Shown piece by piece: positions 61,040 through 64,000 of a stretch of 64,000 bases of DNA. The DNA is from Malacoraja senta (lineage: Eukaryota), in NCBI GenBank assembly GCA_038087875.1, contig CM075986.1, positions 14,694,001 to 14,758,000 of the forward strand, written 5' to 3'. The position numbers and the translations under genes are program-made. Under the pieces are notes generated by a model. That model made no database searches. It was not told the DNA's origin and saw only the letters and a list, made by a program, of their open reading frames with translations. Numbering within the stretch: position 1 is the first letter of the stretch; each line of letters starts with the position of its first letter.

Positions 61040-63144
61040 TTACTCCAGCATTTTATGTCTGTCTAAGATAAATTCACACTCTAACCTAAACAACAGCCTG
61101 TTAACAGATAAAATCATAAATTAATTGTGTTTCAGAATTTATGTATAACTTATGTGTTTGTGTGTTGCCTATGTGCCTGTAATGTTGCTACAAGCGAGAT
61201 TTACTTTATACGTGTACCTTGCCATCCTAGTGCATATGACCTGACTTGACATTGATAAACCTGTGGAGGAATGACAGAATGCTGCACAGACAAGGTACCA
61301 CCTTCCAAATAAGTTATTTATTATTTGGTGTAAATAAAGAAGATCCCATGGCATCATTTAAAAAGCTATCAAGCCATCTTCTTTGTCATAACCTTTCACC
61401 ATGAAAAGAGTGTTATTTATGGTGTTTTGATGTACTAAACATTATTTGGCTTGACAATATCCAAACAGGGAGGTCTTGATTTATATAAAATTGAGGTATA
61501 TAAAATAACGAGTGGCCTCGTTGAGGTAAACAGGATGGATTTATTTATCTTGGGGGAAAATTTACAACAGAGACATAGCTTAGGATCACGCAGAGGTGAT
61601 AAACAGAAGTATTTTCCTCCAGAGGGTACTGGGAGTCACACCAGAGGAAGTAGTAGAACAGAAAATGCTGCAGAAGCTCGGCGGATCAGGCAGCATTTCT
61701 GCAGGGAATGGACAGGCAATGTTTTGGGTTGGGACCGTTCTTCAGATTCAGTAACAACTCTTGTTATTGTTATCAAAGCCACTGATAAGGGAACCTGATG
61801 GGCTGACCTCTACTGTGCTGAGGCCAGGCACCACCTCTCAAACCTCTTCGCCATAAAGAATCTGAAGTGGTCCCGACCCAAAACGTTGCTTGTCCATTGC
61901 CTCCAGAGATGCAACCTGACCTGTTGAGTTACTCCAGCCTTTTGTGTTCTACGCAAGATGCCAGCATCTGTACTTCCTTGTGTCTGCATAGTGAAGTAAT
62001 ATTTGGGCTTTGAAACCCACATAAACTAGTGAAATGGGAAATGAACTAGGCATTGAATCACACTGGAAAAAGGTCATGATTGTTGAAGTTTGTATAATGT
62101 AATTATCTCCAGAATGATTCTGATTATATTAGCAGTACTGAAGTGAGTCCTCAATTAAGACTCCTAACATCGCTCATTGTGCAGAGATAAATGACACAGA
62201 TATAAGAGCTGCTGGCAATACCGTAGATCTTGCCATTGCCTCAATTAGAAGGGTTGTTCAAGAAGCGCTGTCAGCCGTATTCACAAGGCACCCATTGAAT
62301 TAGATTTTCAACAGCTAAGTTCTGGAAAAAGAAACCATATTAGTTTAAGCACACTCTGCAGACCTTGGGAGTTGATTAAGTTCTTAATCTGCCTAGTCAG
62401 GTCTACTGATGTCAACACAGTGTCTCGGTAAATAGACACTAATGCAACACAGTACAGTATATTGGTGGAAAAATGCGAACTGTTTGTGGAAGTTCCCAGG
62501 CCAATTTCCCAATTGGCAGGATTTCGGCTGGAAATAATGACTAGTAGAATATAACCTGAGTTAAATTGTTTCTCCTTCGTGATTTGTGCTTGAAAGGAGG
62601 AAGTAATTGATCCATTTTCTCAACTATAGTGTCCTTAAATACAGCACAATAACATTGCACAACAATTGAACATTGAATCTCTTCACTTTAATTGAAAGAA
62701 ACATTTTGATTTTCTTACTTTTATATCTGTGTTTCTGTCTTGTATTACTTCACGATAAAGTCATTTAGATGTGAGGGAGTAATTCACTTTTGCTTTGGAT
62801 AAGGTTTCATGATTTCATGGTGTAAGGGCATTCTCTGTATCATCTGGGACTACAGATTTTATTCTGTGATCTTGAGCTTCTCTACTTTCAATTCATCAAG
62901 AGTGGAAGGCTTTGAAGAACGATGTGTTTGGTGGGATGTTGTGCAATCAAAGTGATGCTGTATTATGGATCCTTTCATGATGTCACATGCAATGGCCACA
63001 TGTCATGTGCTTGATTGTTTATATGGTTGTTGTGTTTCACTACAACTGTATCCTCTGGCATTAACACCGCATCTGAATTACATGTGTTTCTGCATTACCT
63101 TCATGCTGCTTTTCTTGTCTTTGTCACGGTCATGTAGATGTTGA

Positions 63145-63640
63145 TCAACTATCTGGGGGAGTATCTCTGAAACACATGCTCTCAGAAACGAAAGTTGCTG
63201 GCAGCATTCCTGTTGTCAAATGCAATGTTGCTCTGTAAAAAGCGATAAGGTTCTTGCTTCCATAATTTGCCTTCGGCATGAGCTGTACAGATGACTTTTT
63301 TTTAGTGTTCTCAAAATCTCTCCACTTCAACATTGGCACGTGGCCAGCAAGATATGACCTTGCGATGAGTGAAACCTTGTGTAGGTTGCAAACTTGCCAG
63401 AGACATTGCTGTTGAACACAGTATGGTAACTATCCTCAGCTTCCGCAGAACAACAAGCAACACAAGGACATAATGAATCTTTGGAATGAAAACTTTCATG
63501 AATACATCACTGACAATTTCCACATCAGGGAATCTGCCGTGGGCATCAACAATTACAAGCAAATGATCATCAGAATGCAGAACTGCAAAATTAATAACCA
63601 TGTTAACGCAGGGTTACTCTGATGCTTTTATCGTTTCTTG
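63145..63640 (-). pseudogene. Very old Gypsy-type integrase remnant
   Basis: HLLVIVDAHGRFPDVEIV...IPKI...GFTHRKV...WPRANVEVERF resembles an integrase core; no LTRs seen. Confidence 0.6.
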
Positions 63641-64000
63641 CCTGTTTAGCATTGTGTTTTTTGACATGCTAAACATTTGGTGATTTGTTCTGGGAAGTGT
63701 ACCTTTTCTCTTACGAGGTGTTTAGTTCTCGACACCTTGACGGGCTGCATGAGCGACATCTCTATCAGCAACATAGTGGGTTTGAGAGGGAAAATATGAT
63801 GATGTGGGGAGGATTTCATCAAGAACTTTATGCAAATCTTACTGTGTATCTGCAAAATCATGAGAGGATGCAATTTTCAAGGGGTTTCCACTGATAAATA
63901 AGTTTACGCAAAGTTTACATGGTTAAGTTCTCCACTCAGCTGACAATGTTTTCCCTTAGCAGGAGTTTGTCTTTTCTGTGTATTGCTGCCACCATAATAA

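Larger units (their letters stand above)
59835..61065 (+). mobile_element. Penelope-like 3' fragment hosting nested insertions
   Basis: KLEEQHLIFRLGS|LQPSGMNIDFSEI text is split by 59910-60077; the pseudo-LTR is split by the MITE at 60356-61039. Confidence 0.7.

Overview
This is not prokaryotic DNA. It is repeat-dense, CpG-depleted vertebrate genomic DNA, most likely from a cartilaginous fish (skate/ray-like); I infer this from the HE1-type V-SINEs and the CR1, Rex1, RTE and Penelope content. I could not recognise any host protein-coding gene, so the window looks intronic or intergenic, with a few candidate minus-strand exons. Most ORF-track entries are chance or antisense ORFs inside repeats. 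Well-resolved elements are: (1) a full-length decayed Tc1 DD34E transposon (6204-7811) with IR/DR ends and a TA TSD; (2) an internally deleted Gypsy LTR element (14239-16538) with both LTRs, a tRNA-Leu PBS, a PPT and an AATAT TSD; (3) a near-complete DIRS1-type tyrosine-recombinase retrotransposon (28765-33504) with ITRs, an internal complementary region, gag, RT/RNaseH/methyltransferase-like and YR ORFs, and a candidate 74-nt leader intron; (4) 5'-truncated CR1, RTE, RTE-X and Rex1 LINEs; (5) about nine V-SINEs; (6) four PIF/Harbinger-type MITEs sharing a 15-bp terminus; (7) many Penelope-like fragments carrying a minimal hammerhead-like motif, several of them as short TSD-flanked or palindromic insertions. 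The most interesting leads are the short hammerhead-bearing PLE units and palindromes, a 5'-extended SINE present twice (one copy is the empty site of the Gypsy insertion), a composite MITE that appears to have captured flanking DNA, and the DIRS termini and intron. All family names come from motif recognition only; no database search was run, and fragment boundaries without a TSD are approximate.
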